From Octopus bimaculoides (lineage: Eukaryota), in NCBI RefSeq assembly GCF_001194135.2, contig NC_068983.1:58702420-58766294 (forward strand): 63,875 nt of DNA, written 5' to 3'. The position numbers and the translations under genes are program-made. This document shows, in pieces, positions 11,668 to 23,471 of this stretch (its first letter is position 1; each line of letters opens with the position of its first letter). The notes beneath the pieces were generated by a model. That model did no database searches and was not told the DNA's origin. It saw only the letters and a list, made by a program, of their open reading frames with translations.

Positions 11668-12022
11668 ACAAGAGCATTTAGAGAGTACAAACCTCCACCA
11701 AGGCAATACCAACGTCCACTCAACGATTAGCCAGAGATGATTTTTAAAATGAGAATATCTGAAATAAACGTGACTGCTCTCACAAATGAGAATGCTAAAT
11801 ATGAACCCAACAGCTCTCAAAACTTAAGTAAAAAAACAGGAAAATTAATCCAGATTCTTTGTCTAATATTGGATCGATCCCAAATCTAATCAGTTTGTGC
11901 CAGTTATGAGGCCAAATATCCCTAGAAGTTTCATCCGAATCCATCCAGGGATATCTTGTTTAGTGACAAACAAACAAAGAAACACAAGTGGAAACAATAT
12001 CTTCGCTAAGGTGGAGGTAATA
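11668..12022 (-). mobile_element. Helentron/DINE-1-like non-autonomous element
   Basis: Subterminal inverted repeat (acctccaccaagg near 11691 and aaggtggaggt near 12008) and internal (AAAC)n. The reverse-complement homolog is at 34925-35290. The class assignment is inferred from the architecture. Confidence 0.6.
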
Positions 12023-12158
12023 AAGGAGTTTATCGAAGATTTGAGCCAGAAACAGAGGATATGTTATCTTAAAGGAAATTCCAAAAAGTTTCGTATGTGT
12101 ATTTCGTGTGCAAGATTCTTAATGTGGATACGTGTGTTGAAAGAAATACAATTAAACC

Positions 12159-12409
12159 TTGGGAGAGGCATTATGCCGGTAATAAACACACGCACTGGTT
12201 CAGTCCTTTATTAATTTATATAGTTTTTTTGTTAAATTATTTCATTGCACTCATGCAATCTCTTCAGTAACTTGTCTCTCCGGAAGTGGAGAGACAAGTT
12301 ACTGAAGAGATTGCAAGAGTGCAATGAAATAATTTAACAAAAAACTATATAAATTAATAAAGGACTGAACCAGTGCATGTGTTTATTACCGGCATAATGC
12401 CTCTTCCAA
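12159..12409. repeat. long near-perfect inverted repeat (123/122-bp arms, 6-nt loop)
   Basis: Arm 12159-12281 is the reverse complement of 12288-12409 with about 3 substitutions and 1 homopolymer indel. The loop is GGAAGT. Confidence 0.95.
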
Positions 12410-13326
12410 AAAGTTTTTCATCAAAATACAACCTGATGGCTAGAGAGAGATTGTAAATGTACGCAGTCTAGGTGATGCTTGGGAGAATAAAGGAGAGAAA
12501 GGTGTAGGGGAGTTAGCTGGAGCATGTTGTATGAAAGTGAGTGTGGGGAAGAGGTAGTAAAAGACTAGTGGAGAGAGGCTGAGAGTGAGAGGGTAAAATA
12601 AAGCAAGAGAAACAATGTTATACACACACACACACACATGCACATATATGTAATATATACATATACACACTCACATATACTCGCAGTTATGCATATGTAA
12701 GTGTATATATACACATATATGTATGTATGTGCATGTATGCATATATATGTATTTTATATATGTACATGCATAAAATATCAGCTATATTAATGCATTGTCT
12801 CTAACTCATGAACTCTCCTTTTTCTCTCTCTTTTTTCTTCACCTTTCCTCAGTTCTCTCCCCTCCCTCTTACCACCCCTCCCTTTTTCTTTATTCCTCAC
12901 CCTCTTTCTTTCTCTTTCCCCTCAACATTTATTACATTAACATTGCTTCCTTTACTGAGATTAATCATGATTTATTTTTTAACCAGCAGAAAACTATAAA
13001 GAAACATAAAATAAAATACAACTTTGATTTAAAAAAATACCCACAGAAAATTGAAAAGTTCCCCTATTTTTTTTTTTTGTTAGCTTGATAGAGAATTTTT
13101 CTTAGAGTGGAACCAATTCTAGCAAGAATGCAAGTAGGGAAATTTGGATATTTCTACTTCCCAATCTCTGTTGCATGCAATAAATTTTAGGGAGATAAAA
13201 AGACTCTTCTGAATTGTTACTCTTTTGTCAACTAATAGTTAATTTAGAAATGTTTCTTTACTATGGGTCTCTCTCTTTCTCTCTCATTCGTTTTATATCT
13301 TTCATTTACCTTATTTTTCTTTTTCC

Positions 13327-13429
<103 letters not shown>

Positions 13430-13922
13430 ATTTCTATCAAAATGCGAGAATTTTCAAGCTCCAGTCAAAAGCAAGACAGTTGTGGCATAGACATATAGCT
13501 TTCTATCAACTTTTCAAAATCAGAAAGATCTGTGAAAGCCTTCAAATATAAACCATCTAAAAGAAAATGCATTATTTTCAATTTATTGCTTGCCTGCATA
13601 CGCATGTGTGTGCTTGTGTCTGTGTTTGTGCATGGAAATATATCATCGTCATTTAACGTCGTTTTTTGATGCTGATGTGGGTTGGATTATCCAACAGGAA
13701 CCAATGAGTCAAAGGGCTGTGCCACCCTACAATAACTGTTTTGACATGATTTCTACGGCAGGATGCCCTTCCTAACAGCAACCACTTTCTAGAATGTGCT
13801 GGGTTCTCGTTGATGCTAGTTGGGTTACCAAGTACTCGCAAGGGAAATCGCATTGACAAAATAGGATATAGTATTGAAAGATGTGAAAATATGTATGTGT
13901 GAGCATGTGACTGTCTAGAATA

Positions 13923-13967
<45 letters not shown>

Positions 13968-14059
13968 TACTTGCATTAATTTGAATTTATAAATATGAAC
14001 ACATGTATGTCCATGCATACAATGTGCACATACATATACTAGTTCACATAACGACACCT

Positions 14060-14210
14060 TCTGGGTTCAAATTTCGGTGAGGTCGACTTTGCCTTTCATT
14101 CTTTCGGGGTCGATAAATAAAGTACCAGTTGTGTACTGAGGTCTAATCTAATCGACTGGCCCCCTCCCCCAAAATTTGGGGCCTTGTGCCTAGAGTAGAA
14201 AAGAAATTAT
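14060..14210 (+). mobile_element. SINE family D, 5'-truncated
   Basis: ttctgggttcaaatttcggtgaggtcgactttgcctttcattctttcggggtcgataaataaagtaccag...gccttgtgcctagagtagaaaag. Confidence 0.85.
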
Positions 14211-14389
14211 TCTACATTTAAAGGGGCACCTTTCTAATTTGGCAGTGTAGTATGGAACAGCTTTTTTGAAAGTAGCTTTATCAGCGGATAGGCTCGAAAA
14301 GAGCTTGTTAATATTATAAACTAATTGTTTATGGTGATATATATAGATATGTGTGTATATATACGTGAGTGTGTGTGTGTGTGTGTGTG

Positions 14390-14546
14390 NNNNNNNNNNN
14401 NNNNNNNNNNNNNNNNNNNNNNNNNNNNNNNNNNNNNNNNNNNNNNNNNNNNNNNNNNNNNNNNNNNNNNNNNNNNNNNNNNNNNNNNNNNNNNNNNNNN
14501 NNNNNNNNNNNNNNNNNNNNNNNNNNNNNNNNNNNNNNNNNNNNNN
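14390..14546. other. assembly gap (N)
   Basis: N run. Other gaps: 16778-16787, 17772-17781, 33175-33184, 51950-51959, 52968-53102, 59552-59567, 62483-62981. Confidence 1.
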
Positions 14547-14589
14547 GCCTTGAAGTACTTTTCATCAAATGAATTGATCCCAGTACTTA

Positions 14590-14895
14590 ATATTTTTTAA
14601 AGCCTTATACTTACTCTATCAGTAACGTTTGCCGAACCACTAAGTTAGGGGGACGTAAACACGATAGTAACAGTTGTCAAGCGGTGGGGGGGGGGACAAA
14701 CACAGACACAAAGATACATTGATATATACATATGATAGGTTTCTTTCAGTTTCTGTCTACTAAATCCACTCACAATGCTTTGGTTGGCCAGGGCTATAGT
14801 AGAAGGTACTCACCCAAGGTGCCATGCAGTGGGACTGAACCCAGAAACATGCGATTGGAAAGGAAGCTTCTTACCACACAGCCACGCCTGCGCCT
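14590..14895 (-). mobile_element. SINE family A, partial
   Basis: Both the head (cacacagccacgcctgcgcct) and the 3'-half motifs (tttgccgaaccactaagtt) are present. Confidence 0.85.
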
Positions 14896-15187
14896 AAGGT
14901 TTATTATGAGGCATGTTTCAACGAATAAGTGCAATGGCATAATGGTATGTATTTGAAAATGTACCTGTAATATCGGTAGCAATATTAAACAGTATGGGAA
15001 TTTGGCAGAATTTTCTTTTTAGTAGATCTTTTGGTCTATTAATATTATCAAGAAGTTACTGAAAGTGACAAATGGGAAAAATTGTTACAATATCGGGCAA
15101 TATGCTTAGGAGCATCAATTTACTCCTTCCCCTATCTTGCTGGCCTTATGCCCACCTACAGTTTGGAACCCATATATAGAACAATAT

Positions 15188-15345
15188 TTACATTGGACAG
15201 ACAGGTGTCCTTACTTTGTTGTTACCCCAGTGTTTCAGCTGATGTACTCTCCAGCCTTCATCAGGTGGTGGTCTGGTGGAATTTCAAACCCAACCCTTTA
15301 TTTGACTACTGGGGTACTCTCTTCTCATTCCTAAGATATTTCTTG
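15188..15345 (-). mobile_element. family H-related divergent unit (headless) with hammerhead-like module at 15224-15269
   Basis: Minus strand reads aaatatcttaggaatgagaa...ACCAC-CUGAUGA-A-GGCUG(10 nt)CAGCU-GAAACACU-GGGGU...aatgtaaatattgt. Confidence 0.6.
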
Positions 15346-15349
15346 TTGT

Positions 15350-15585
15350 TGTTATTATTTACATTATTTACTATTGACGGATATTTCTTCTCATCTTGTT
15401 TGTTGTTAACTCAACGTTTCAGCTGATATACCCTCTGCCCTTCATCAAGTGTCTTGAGGAAATTTCGAACTTGGGTTCTCATTCCTAAGGTATTTTTCAA
15501 TGATATTATTATTACTATTATTATAATTATAATTATTAGTATTCAGGTCAGTCAGAATCTTGGTGTTAGTAGCCTGCACTCTTGT
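15350..15585 (-). mobile_element. SINE family H copy with hammerhead-like module at 15408-15453
   Basis: Minus strand: partial head aagagtgcaggctactaacaccaagattc, (AAT)n spacer, ccttaggaatgagaaccc...GACAC-UUGAUGA-A-GGGCAG..CAGCU-GAAACGUU-GAGUU. Confidence 0.7.
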
Positions 15586-15885
15586 TTGGCGGTAGGTTCC
15601 AGAAGCTGGCTCTTGTTTAACCACTGTTTAAGTATGATAGAATTGTGGAAAAATATCTCCTTTGGATTATTATTTGTTATGATCCAAGGTTCACATCCTG
15701 GGCTCACAACGCTTCATCAACTAAGGGGAGGTGGAAACTTTCATGAAGATCTTCGTCTCAAAGGGCAATAACTGATATCAGTATGAGATCAAAGAACTGA
15801 CAGAATGGTGACTACAGATGGTGCAACACAATGGCTTCTACTTTGAATGCTAGACTACTTTTGGTGAAACCTAATGAATGAAGTG

Positions 15886-16262
15886 TGGCACTCTATCGGT
15901 TGCGACAATGAGGGTTCCAGTTGATCCGATCAGTGGAACAGCCTGCTGTGAAATTAATGTACAAGTGGCTGAGCACCCCACAGACACTACCCTTAATGTA
16001 ATTCTCAGGGAGATTCAACATGACACAAAGTGTTACAAGGCTGGCCCTTTGAAATACAGGTACAACAGAAGCAGGAAGAAAGAGTGAGAGAAAGTTGTGG
16101 TGGAAGAGTACAACAGGGTTCGCCACCATCCCCTGCCGGAGCCTCGTGGAGATTTAGGTGTTTTCGCTCAATAAATACTCACAACGCCCGGTCTGGGAAT
16201 TGAAACCGCGATCCTACGACTGCGAGTCCGCTGCCCTAACCACTGGGCCATTGCGCCTCCAC
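15886..16262 (-). mobile_element. SINE family B, full length
   Basis: Reverse complement of 5044-5426. Confidence 0.9.
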
Positions 16263-16742
16263 ACCTGATGAATAAAGCATATAAGTTACCAAAATATTAC
16301 AAAACTTCTGACTCAGCATAATAGTTTATGGTGAAATGATTTAGAAACTTGAGAGGAAATCTCTTAGAAAAATCTCTGATAAGCAGTTTGGGGCATAACT
16401 GTAGATTCATAACATTGTTAGCAGCCATTTTAATTTACAATCCATAATTTGATTTAATTGTGAAAAATAGAGTTGTTCCTGTGAAACAGCCATGTCATTG
16501 TAAAGAATAGAAATACGTAATAATGGATCGCACATTGGAGGCCTCTACGAGCGATCGTTTGTATAATTTGTATTTTACAAGTAATTTTAATAATCTCTGT
16601 TTAAACACTTCTCAGACTGCCAAACCATGTGCACATGCACAGACTCACACACATATACATGCACACATACATAATGTCACACACACACATTCTCACACAC
16701 ACAAACATACACTCACACTCTCTCTCCCTCACACACACGTTT

Positions 16743-16777
<35 letters not shown>

Positions 16778-17399
16778 NNNNNNNNNNTTTCCAAAACATA
16801 TTTTCTGTGTAATCATTACAGAAATAACACATTATCTTACAAGTTAGACCTAATTATTTTGATTAACTTCATCTCGATAATCATTCGTGTTAACAACCAA
16901 GCAAATATTCCGATGAGAAATTAATGGAAATAGTAACTGCTGCAATACTGAACAGCATTTAGAACTTAAGTCGCCAGACATTTTGTCACCGCAATTTTTT
17001 TTATTTTTTTTATTTTAAAATATAATTTAATTGTTGGAAAATTCAGCTTTTTTTTTTTGCATTAACTTTATTTTCATTGAAATACTGAAGAAAACTATAC
17101 TCATAAAATGCAGGGCAATCTCCCGTAGCTAGTAATAGTAATAAATGTGAACTAACATAGGACGAGCAACGACTAATTTTAAATATTTCTTCGTGATACC
17201 GATGGCTGTTTAGAGATTTAAATGGAAGCTCGCTGTTTGAACAGTGAGATTATTCAAACTTTATAAATCCTTTATACGCTGAAGCAAACAAACGAAGGTA
17301 GAATGGAATTGTCAGCTTAACATAATATCATTAGTGTTAGAAAAAGAAGCCTACTTCCGTTAAATCAAAATACTTTTAGATTATTATCATTATATTATT

Positions 17400-17735
17400 A
17401 GTATTATCATTCAGTAGTCTTATTTTTATCACGTGCTTTCACTGCACTACCGAACACAGCTCTGTGTGCCTTGGATATGTCCTGTGGTTTGTTGTGATGC
17501 TCTTATTGTTACTGTATTGAAAGTGTTTTATGTAGGATGTTTGCAGTGCCTTGTAATGCTGTTTTCTGTATGTTATATGTTTGTTGGCCCTGGTGTTTTT
17601 GCTATGTATTTGTCTGAGTATTTTTTCATCATACCTAATGCACCTATTATGATAGGAATTGTTTCTGCTTTTCGGCTCCACAATCGAGTTACCTCCATTG
17701 CCAGGTTTTTGTATTTTGAAAGCTTACTCTCTTTT
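17400..17735 (-). mobile_element. RLE-type (R4/Dong-like) non-LTR retrotransposon, decayed 3' end
   Basis: Minus translation KESKLSKYKNLAMEVTRLWSRKAETIPIIIGALG matches the conserved C-terminal restriction-like endonuclease segment. ATT-rich flank. Confidence 0.7.
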
Positions 17736-17736
17736 A

Positions 17737-18006
17737 CTCTTTTACTTGTTTCAGTCATTTGACTGTGGCCANNNNNNNNNNATTCTTTTATTCTTTTATT
17801 TGTTTCAGTCATTTGACTGCGACCATGCTGGGGCACCGCGTTTAGTCGAACGAATCGACCCCAGGACTTATTCTTTGTAATCCTAAGACTTATTCTCTCA
17901 GTCTCTTTTGCTGAACTGCTAGATTATGGGGATGTAATCACACCAACATCGGTGTCAACTGATGGTAGGGGGACAAACACAGATACACAAAAACACACAC
18001 ATACAT

Positions 18007-18037
<31 letters not shown>

Positions 18038-18192
18038 CGATGAACTTCTTTCAGTTTCCATCTACCCAATCCACTCAAAAGGCATTGGTCGGCCTGAGGC
18101 TACAGTAGAAGAGACTTGCCCAAGGTGCCATGCAGTGGGACTGAACCCGGAACCATGTGGTTGGGAAGCAAGCTTCTTACCCACACAGCCAC
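17737..18192 (-). mobile_element. SINE family A, full length (spans a 10-N gap)
   Basis: Same motifs as 6262-6660. Confidence 0.85.
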
Positions 18193-18851
18193 TATATAAC
18201 GTTTATAGTTTTCCTTTTTGATACACATGACTTACTGCTGCCTAAATTTATCTGTATACACATTAGCGATTCACTAAATCATCCTTGGATTTCTATGGTG
18301 TAGACATATATGCTTGCAGTGATCGTCAAACTGGAACAACTGAGTCAGGCCGATCCCACTGCTAGCAATGTACTTCTGGAAGTTCTTACTCTTCGATCAC
18401 TATCACAAACAGCAGTAACTTTCTTCAGCTGAATACACATCATTGATTGGTTAAAGTTATCCAAATACGACAACTTTAATGTGAAATAACTTCTAAAATA
18501 TAAAATTTTGTCAAAAATGTTGAAAGTATACATGTTCAACATGAGAAATTACACCAGTATACGAAGTTTCAAACTGTTTAGTTAAAAAAAAATAATTAAA
18601 AAATCTGTCAGACAAACTGAAGAGATCCAAATTGAACCTGGTTCAGCTTGAGGCTTAACAGATCCTGTCAAACCGTCTAACCCATGTCTGCTTGGAAAAC
18701 AGGCGTTAAATGACAAGGATAATAATATTAGTAGTGGTGGTGGTAGTAGTGGTGGTAGTACATGGAATGTTTGATGTACTTGAAGAAAATTGGTTTCTAA
18801 ATAATAATCTGAAATTCTGTAATAATAAAAGCGACATTTATCTGAAACAAC

Positions 18852-18914
18852 CAGCGAAGACAGCCAGTTCTGATAGCTTTGGCACCAAATCCATTAGATT
18901 ATGTTCTAGTAAAA
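18852..18914 (-). CDS. candidate exon 7 of an unidentified spliced gene (phase 1; V-LLEHNLMDLVPKLSELAVFA)
   Basis: Strong acceptor ttttttgttctctttcag. The only open frame matches the phase of the preceding candidate exon. The donor is weak (G/GTTGTT), or the exon is terminal (read-through GCFR*). Confidence 0.35.
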
Positions 18915-19072
18915 CTGAAAGAGAACAAAAAATATGTTCAAAATGTAAAACTATACAAAAATAATATGTAATTTGGAATATGTAAGAGGAAAATATATGG
19001 AAAAAAAAACTAATAGAATTAGCTTGAAAGTAACAATGCCAACAGCATGACTAATAATAATAATAATAATGG

Positions 19073-19118
<46 letters not shown>

Positions 19119-19347
19119 TAGCATCATCATTGTCGTAATCAATCATAGTTACTGTATTTCCTATAAATCTTCTTTGCTTTTTTGGTTTCTTTTATTTATT
19201 TATTTTTGCAGAAGTGCTGATGGATTATATAAATGAATGGTTGAGAGGAATTCATGTAGTAATAATTGCATTCTCTGAAATTTAGAAGAATTAACCATTT
19301 GTTGTTCCTGAAAGTGATCCAGCATAAATATTCAACTTATTGACTTG

Positions 19348-19830
19348 CTTCTTCTTCTTCTTCTTCTTCTTCTTCTTCTTCTTCTTCTTCTTCTTCTTCT
19401 TCTTCTCCTTTTTACTTTTCTTCTCTTTCTTTCTTCTCTTTCTTTCTTCTCTTTTTCTTTTCTCTTTTCTCTTTTCTTTCCTTTTTTCTCCTTTTCTCAT
19501 CTCCTTTTTCTTCTCCCTCTCCTCTCTCTCCTCCTTTTTCTTCTCCCTCTCCTCTCCCTCCTCCTCATTCTCATTCACCTTCTCTTCCTCCCTTTTCTCC
19601 TTCTCCTTCTCCTCCTTCTCTTTTCCTTTTTTCATTATTCTTCTCTTCCTCCTCTTTCTTTCCTTCTTCCCTTCCTCCTTCTTCATCTCCAATCCTCCTC
19701 CTTCATTTCCACTCTTCCAACTCATTCTGTTTCTCTTTTTTTTGTTTTTCCCTCTTCCCCCTTCTTGTTCTTTTCTTCATTTTTCTTATTCTTCTGCTCC
19801 TCTTCTCTTTTCCCTTCTTCTTCTCCTCTC
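19348..19830. repeat. (TTC)n plus ~430-bp degenerate polypyrimidine tract
   Basis: Almost purine-free plus strand. Confidence 0.95.
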
Positions 19831-20016
19831 ATCAAGCAGAACCATGATTAAATTCCAGCTGTACCTTGATCTACATTACCCCATGTCCCTCTTTTCTTAA
19901 GATGGTAAAGGATGATTTTAGGGATTTTTGCATCTATTTTCAGCTGATCAAATGACTATAATAAACTCCCTCGTTTATTCAATCATGCTCTGTTGATTAC
20001 AAACACACAGACACAC

Positions 20017-20100
20017 CTTTAAATCTGTATTTTTGTGATGAGAGTTTGACTAGCTGAGTCAGAAACAGAATAGCAGCAACCAGGATCACTTTTAGGACAT
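20017..20100 (-). CDS. candidate exon 6 (84 nt, phase 1-1; Y-VLKVILVAAILFLTQLVKLSSQKYRFK)
   Basis: Acceptor ccattccatttctcagttttag, donor AAG/GTGTGT, one open frame. Confidence 0.35.
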
Positions 20101-20616
20101 CTAAAACTGAGAAATGGAATGGAATGGTGGAATCCACCTTGAATGCTTGCAACAGAAAGAATGCTAAACTAGGAAACAGCTTTAGTCTGCCCTCCAAGAT
20201 GATAAACAACCTCTTTGAATGTGTTGTATACAGTTTTCCATAGTCCATATTTAATTAGTGAAACCCAGCCTGAATGCTTGCAAACAAGTCGATTACATTG
20301 GGTTATATTTATATTAAGAAGACACTTGCCCCAGATGACATGCAGTGTGACTGAACTCAAAATTACATGGTCTGGAAGAAAGCTTGTTACCCACACAGCC
20401 ATATTCACACCACGTGAAGCAATTGCCTTTATAGCAATCACTTCTGGAAACAGATAAAGTCTGTTTTAAACCAGCCATGCAAAACTGAGCAAAGAGATGT
20501 ATATTGGCTCAAAAGTTCCCCTGAATGGTTTGTGGGGTTCATACAGTTTGAACCCATAACACTGTAGTCAGTGGTCTAGAGATTTTTCCGAACAGCGATT
20601 GTGTCTATAACCTTAC

Positions 20617-20668
20617 ATTTATTCTCCAATAATACTTGGAAATTTCTAAAGGATTCTTCTAGGAATAG
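20617..20668 (-). CDS. candidate exon 5 (52 nt, phase 0-1; LFLEESFRNFQVLLENK)
   Basis: Donor AAT/GTAAGG. The acceptor cacacag has a poor pyrimidine tract. Its phases bridge exons 4 and 6. Confidence 0.28.
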
Positions 20669-20699
20669 CTGTGTGTGTGACTCACACATATACATTCTC

Positions 20700-20757
20700 A
20701 TTAAGACACACACCCACACATACACTCATGCACGTACACGCACATACACACGTGCAT

Positions 20758-20803
<46 letters not shown>

Positions 20804-21015
20804 TCACATATCTACACACTGACTCTCATTCGAATGCCTACACACACACACACTCACACACACACATACACACATTTCACATGCACTCACACATTCTCTC
20901 TCTTACACACGCACGTACACTTTAGCATACATATACACACACACCAGCACACATATACACTTTCTCTCTCTCATATACACACACACACAAACACATGCAT
21001 ACACGCACACAAACA
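20700..21015. repeat. degenerate (CA)n tract
   Basis: Directly visible in the sequence. Confidence 0.9.
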
Positions 21016-21125
21016 TATCTCTTTTATCTCTCGTTATCTCCGCTAATTGGAGCTATGCTGTAAGTCCCTATTTCCATACTTATGCTGCAGGGTAGATTCC
21101 CGTGCTTTGTGATGTAAATTCTCAC

Positions 21126-21188
21126 CAAATATTTCTCAAAGTCGGCATCAATATTTGTCAATATTGATATGAATGGCTTTGTTATTAC
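21126..21188 (-). CDS. candidate exon 4 (63 nt, phase 0-0; VITKPFISILTNIDADFEKYL)
   Basis: Acceptor ctctttaatgtctctcag/G, donor TTG/GTGAGA; only frame 0 is open. Confidence 0.4.
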
Positions 21189-21548
21189 CTGAGAGACATT
21201 AAAGAGATAGCCGAGAGATCTTTAGGTGCCTTGATTGGAAATGTGGGAGGGTAGATTGACAGGGCATCATAATAACTAGCCAGAAGCTCTGTAGGTAGTT
21301 ATGCATTACTTGTGTATTTGGTGAATGGACAAGACATTTAACAAGGCATATAACCGGCCTCAAATGGTATATTCTACCAAGTAATAAATAACTATTACAT
21401 GGCAGGACTAATTCATTGTTGTAAGCAGTAGAAACACGGTAAGTTTAAGAGCGTTTTGTTAATTCTTTTACTGTCTTCAAACATCTTGTGTGGTCATAAA
21501 TTACATAATGTCGTGACAAGGATACACATACACAAACATATATATATA

Positions 21549-22795
21549 TTGGGTCATCCCATAAATAACGTGGTTTTGTATGCTTCTCTTACTTTTCAAA
21601 ATAAGATAAACAACGTTCTTTTTTAATCTAAAATATACTCTCCTTCATTTTCTACAATGCTCTTCCATCCATCTGGTAGACTTGCAAGGCCCCTCTTCCA
21701 AAATTCACTTCGTCATCATCATCATCATCATCATCCTTTAACGTCCGCTTTCCATGCTAGCATGGGTTGGACGACTTCACTGAGGACTGGTGAAACCGGA
21801 TGGCAACACCAGGCTCCAATCTAAATTTGGCAGAGTTTCTACAGCTGGATGCCCTTCCTAACGCCAACCACTCAGAGAGTGTAGTAGGTGCTTTTACGTG
21901 TCACCTGCACGAAGGCCAGTCTGGCGATACTGGTAACGGCCACGCTCGAAATGGTGTCTTTTATGTGCCACCCGCACAAGCCAGTCCAGGGGCACTGGCA
22001 ACGATCTCGCTCGAAAATCCTACGGAGGCCAGTCAGGTGGTACTGGCAACGGCCACGACAAAAAAATACTCCTCCAGTACTGCTTTGACCTCGTCTACAG
22101 AATTCATATTTTTTCCATGCAAATGATTTTGAAGACTGCGGAATAAATGATAATCAGATGGGGCAGTGTATGGCAAATATGGTGGGTAGGGCATCGTTTC
22201 CCATTCAAATTGCTCCAGCCTTTGGAATGTCATCCTTGCTGTATGTGGCCAAGCATTATCCTGACAGAAGAACACCTTTTGTCTTGAAACCAAAGATGGT
22301 TGTTTTCCAATGGTACGCAGGTGTCAATGAATGGTTGAATGATCAAATCCAAGCTTCTCTGCTATTTCCTCAACAGTTACGATGGGATTTTGTTCCACCA
22401 GGGTTTGCAAGACCTCCTTGTCAAACTCTACAGATCTTCCAGGATGAGGCTTGTCTTCTAGGCTGTAGTTTCTGGCTCAGAATTCCTGGAACCACCTTAT
22501 TCTTACTGTCCAATTCCCATATGCTGCATTAATATTCCTCACACTTTCTGTTGCATCGTTGCCTTTATTGAACTCATAAAGCAAAATATGCTGAATATAC
22601 TCCTTTGTCACTTCCATTATACCTTTGAAAAAAATAACTGTTAAAATGGAACTGCACTCTTCAAAACTTGCACTAAGAATAAGGTAAAATTACTACCTGC
22701 TTTTAGAGCAAGTTGATGCAAGTAGTTTATCCTGTCCCCTTCCAACTTTTAGTTCATGCGACTGAAAAAACCACATTATTTATGGAATGACCCAA
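21549..22795 (-). mobile_element. decayed mariner (DD34D) transposon with TIRs, internally deleted
   Basis: ~25-bp TIRs TTGGGTCATCCCATAAATAACGTGG / ccacattatttatggaatgacccaa with TA on both sides. The transposase runs from ATG 22617 (MEVTKEYIQHILLYEF) through QDNAWPH and APSDYHLFRSLQNHL to stop 21623-21625, with stops and a deletion of the first catalytic-D region. Confidence 0.9.
21712..22058 (-). mobile_element. SINE family C inserted into the mariner transposase
   Basis: (ATC)n tail, tttaacgtccgctttccatgctagcatgggttggacg and hairpin units interrupt the transposase between EEYF and SEFWKRGL. Confidence 0.9.
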
Positions 22796-23159
22796 TATTT
22801 TTATAACAGGCTTCTTTAAGTTTCCATCCACCAACATATGTGTGTGTGTGTGTGTATGTGCGTGCATGTATGTATGTGTGTGTATGTGTGTGAATTATTA
22901 AGGTGGTAATCCACAATTTAAAAACCAAAAGGCACAAGTATGAGTGCTGAAGAGTTCCTGGCTTTGAGTAAGAGAAGATATACAGGAGAATTAGTTGATT
23001 ATGGTTCTATTCAACATATTACCCTTTCAGATTCACACACTTATTGCAGCAGTCCTTCAATTTTTTTAAGCCCTGTAAAAGAACTCCTCAGAAGTTTGGG
23101 GCTCCAGCCAGGCTTTTTGTAACACCTTTATAGTCAGGAACTTTTCACGACTTCCTCAT

Positions 23160-23325
23160 ATACGATGGGCTTCTTTCAGTTACCATCTACCAAATCAATC
23201 CATTCACAAAGCTTTGGTCAGTCTGAAGTTATTTATAACAGAAAACAGTTGCTGAAAGTGTCACACTGTGGGACTGAACTCATGACCATGTAGTAGGGAA
23301 GTAAGCTTTGTACTACACAGCCACA
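23160..23325 (-). mobile_element. SINE family A head, degenerate
   Basis: tacgatgggcttctttcagtt...gtgggactgaactcatgaccatgtag...cacacagccac. Confidence 0.65.
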
Positions 23326-23471
23326 TATGGATTTATGAATTACATTAGATTATATTTTTCAGAAGTTCTTCCTTATGATCCAGTAATGCTAATTGGGTCT
23401 AATTACTTCTGCAGCCCACAAGTCTAGAAGTTAATTTGTTAATTTGTACCTTCCAAACATTAGCAGTTATA

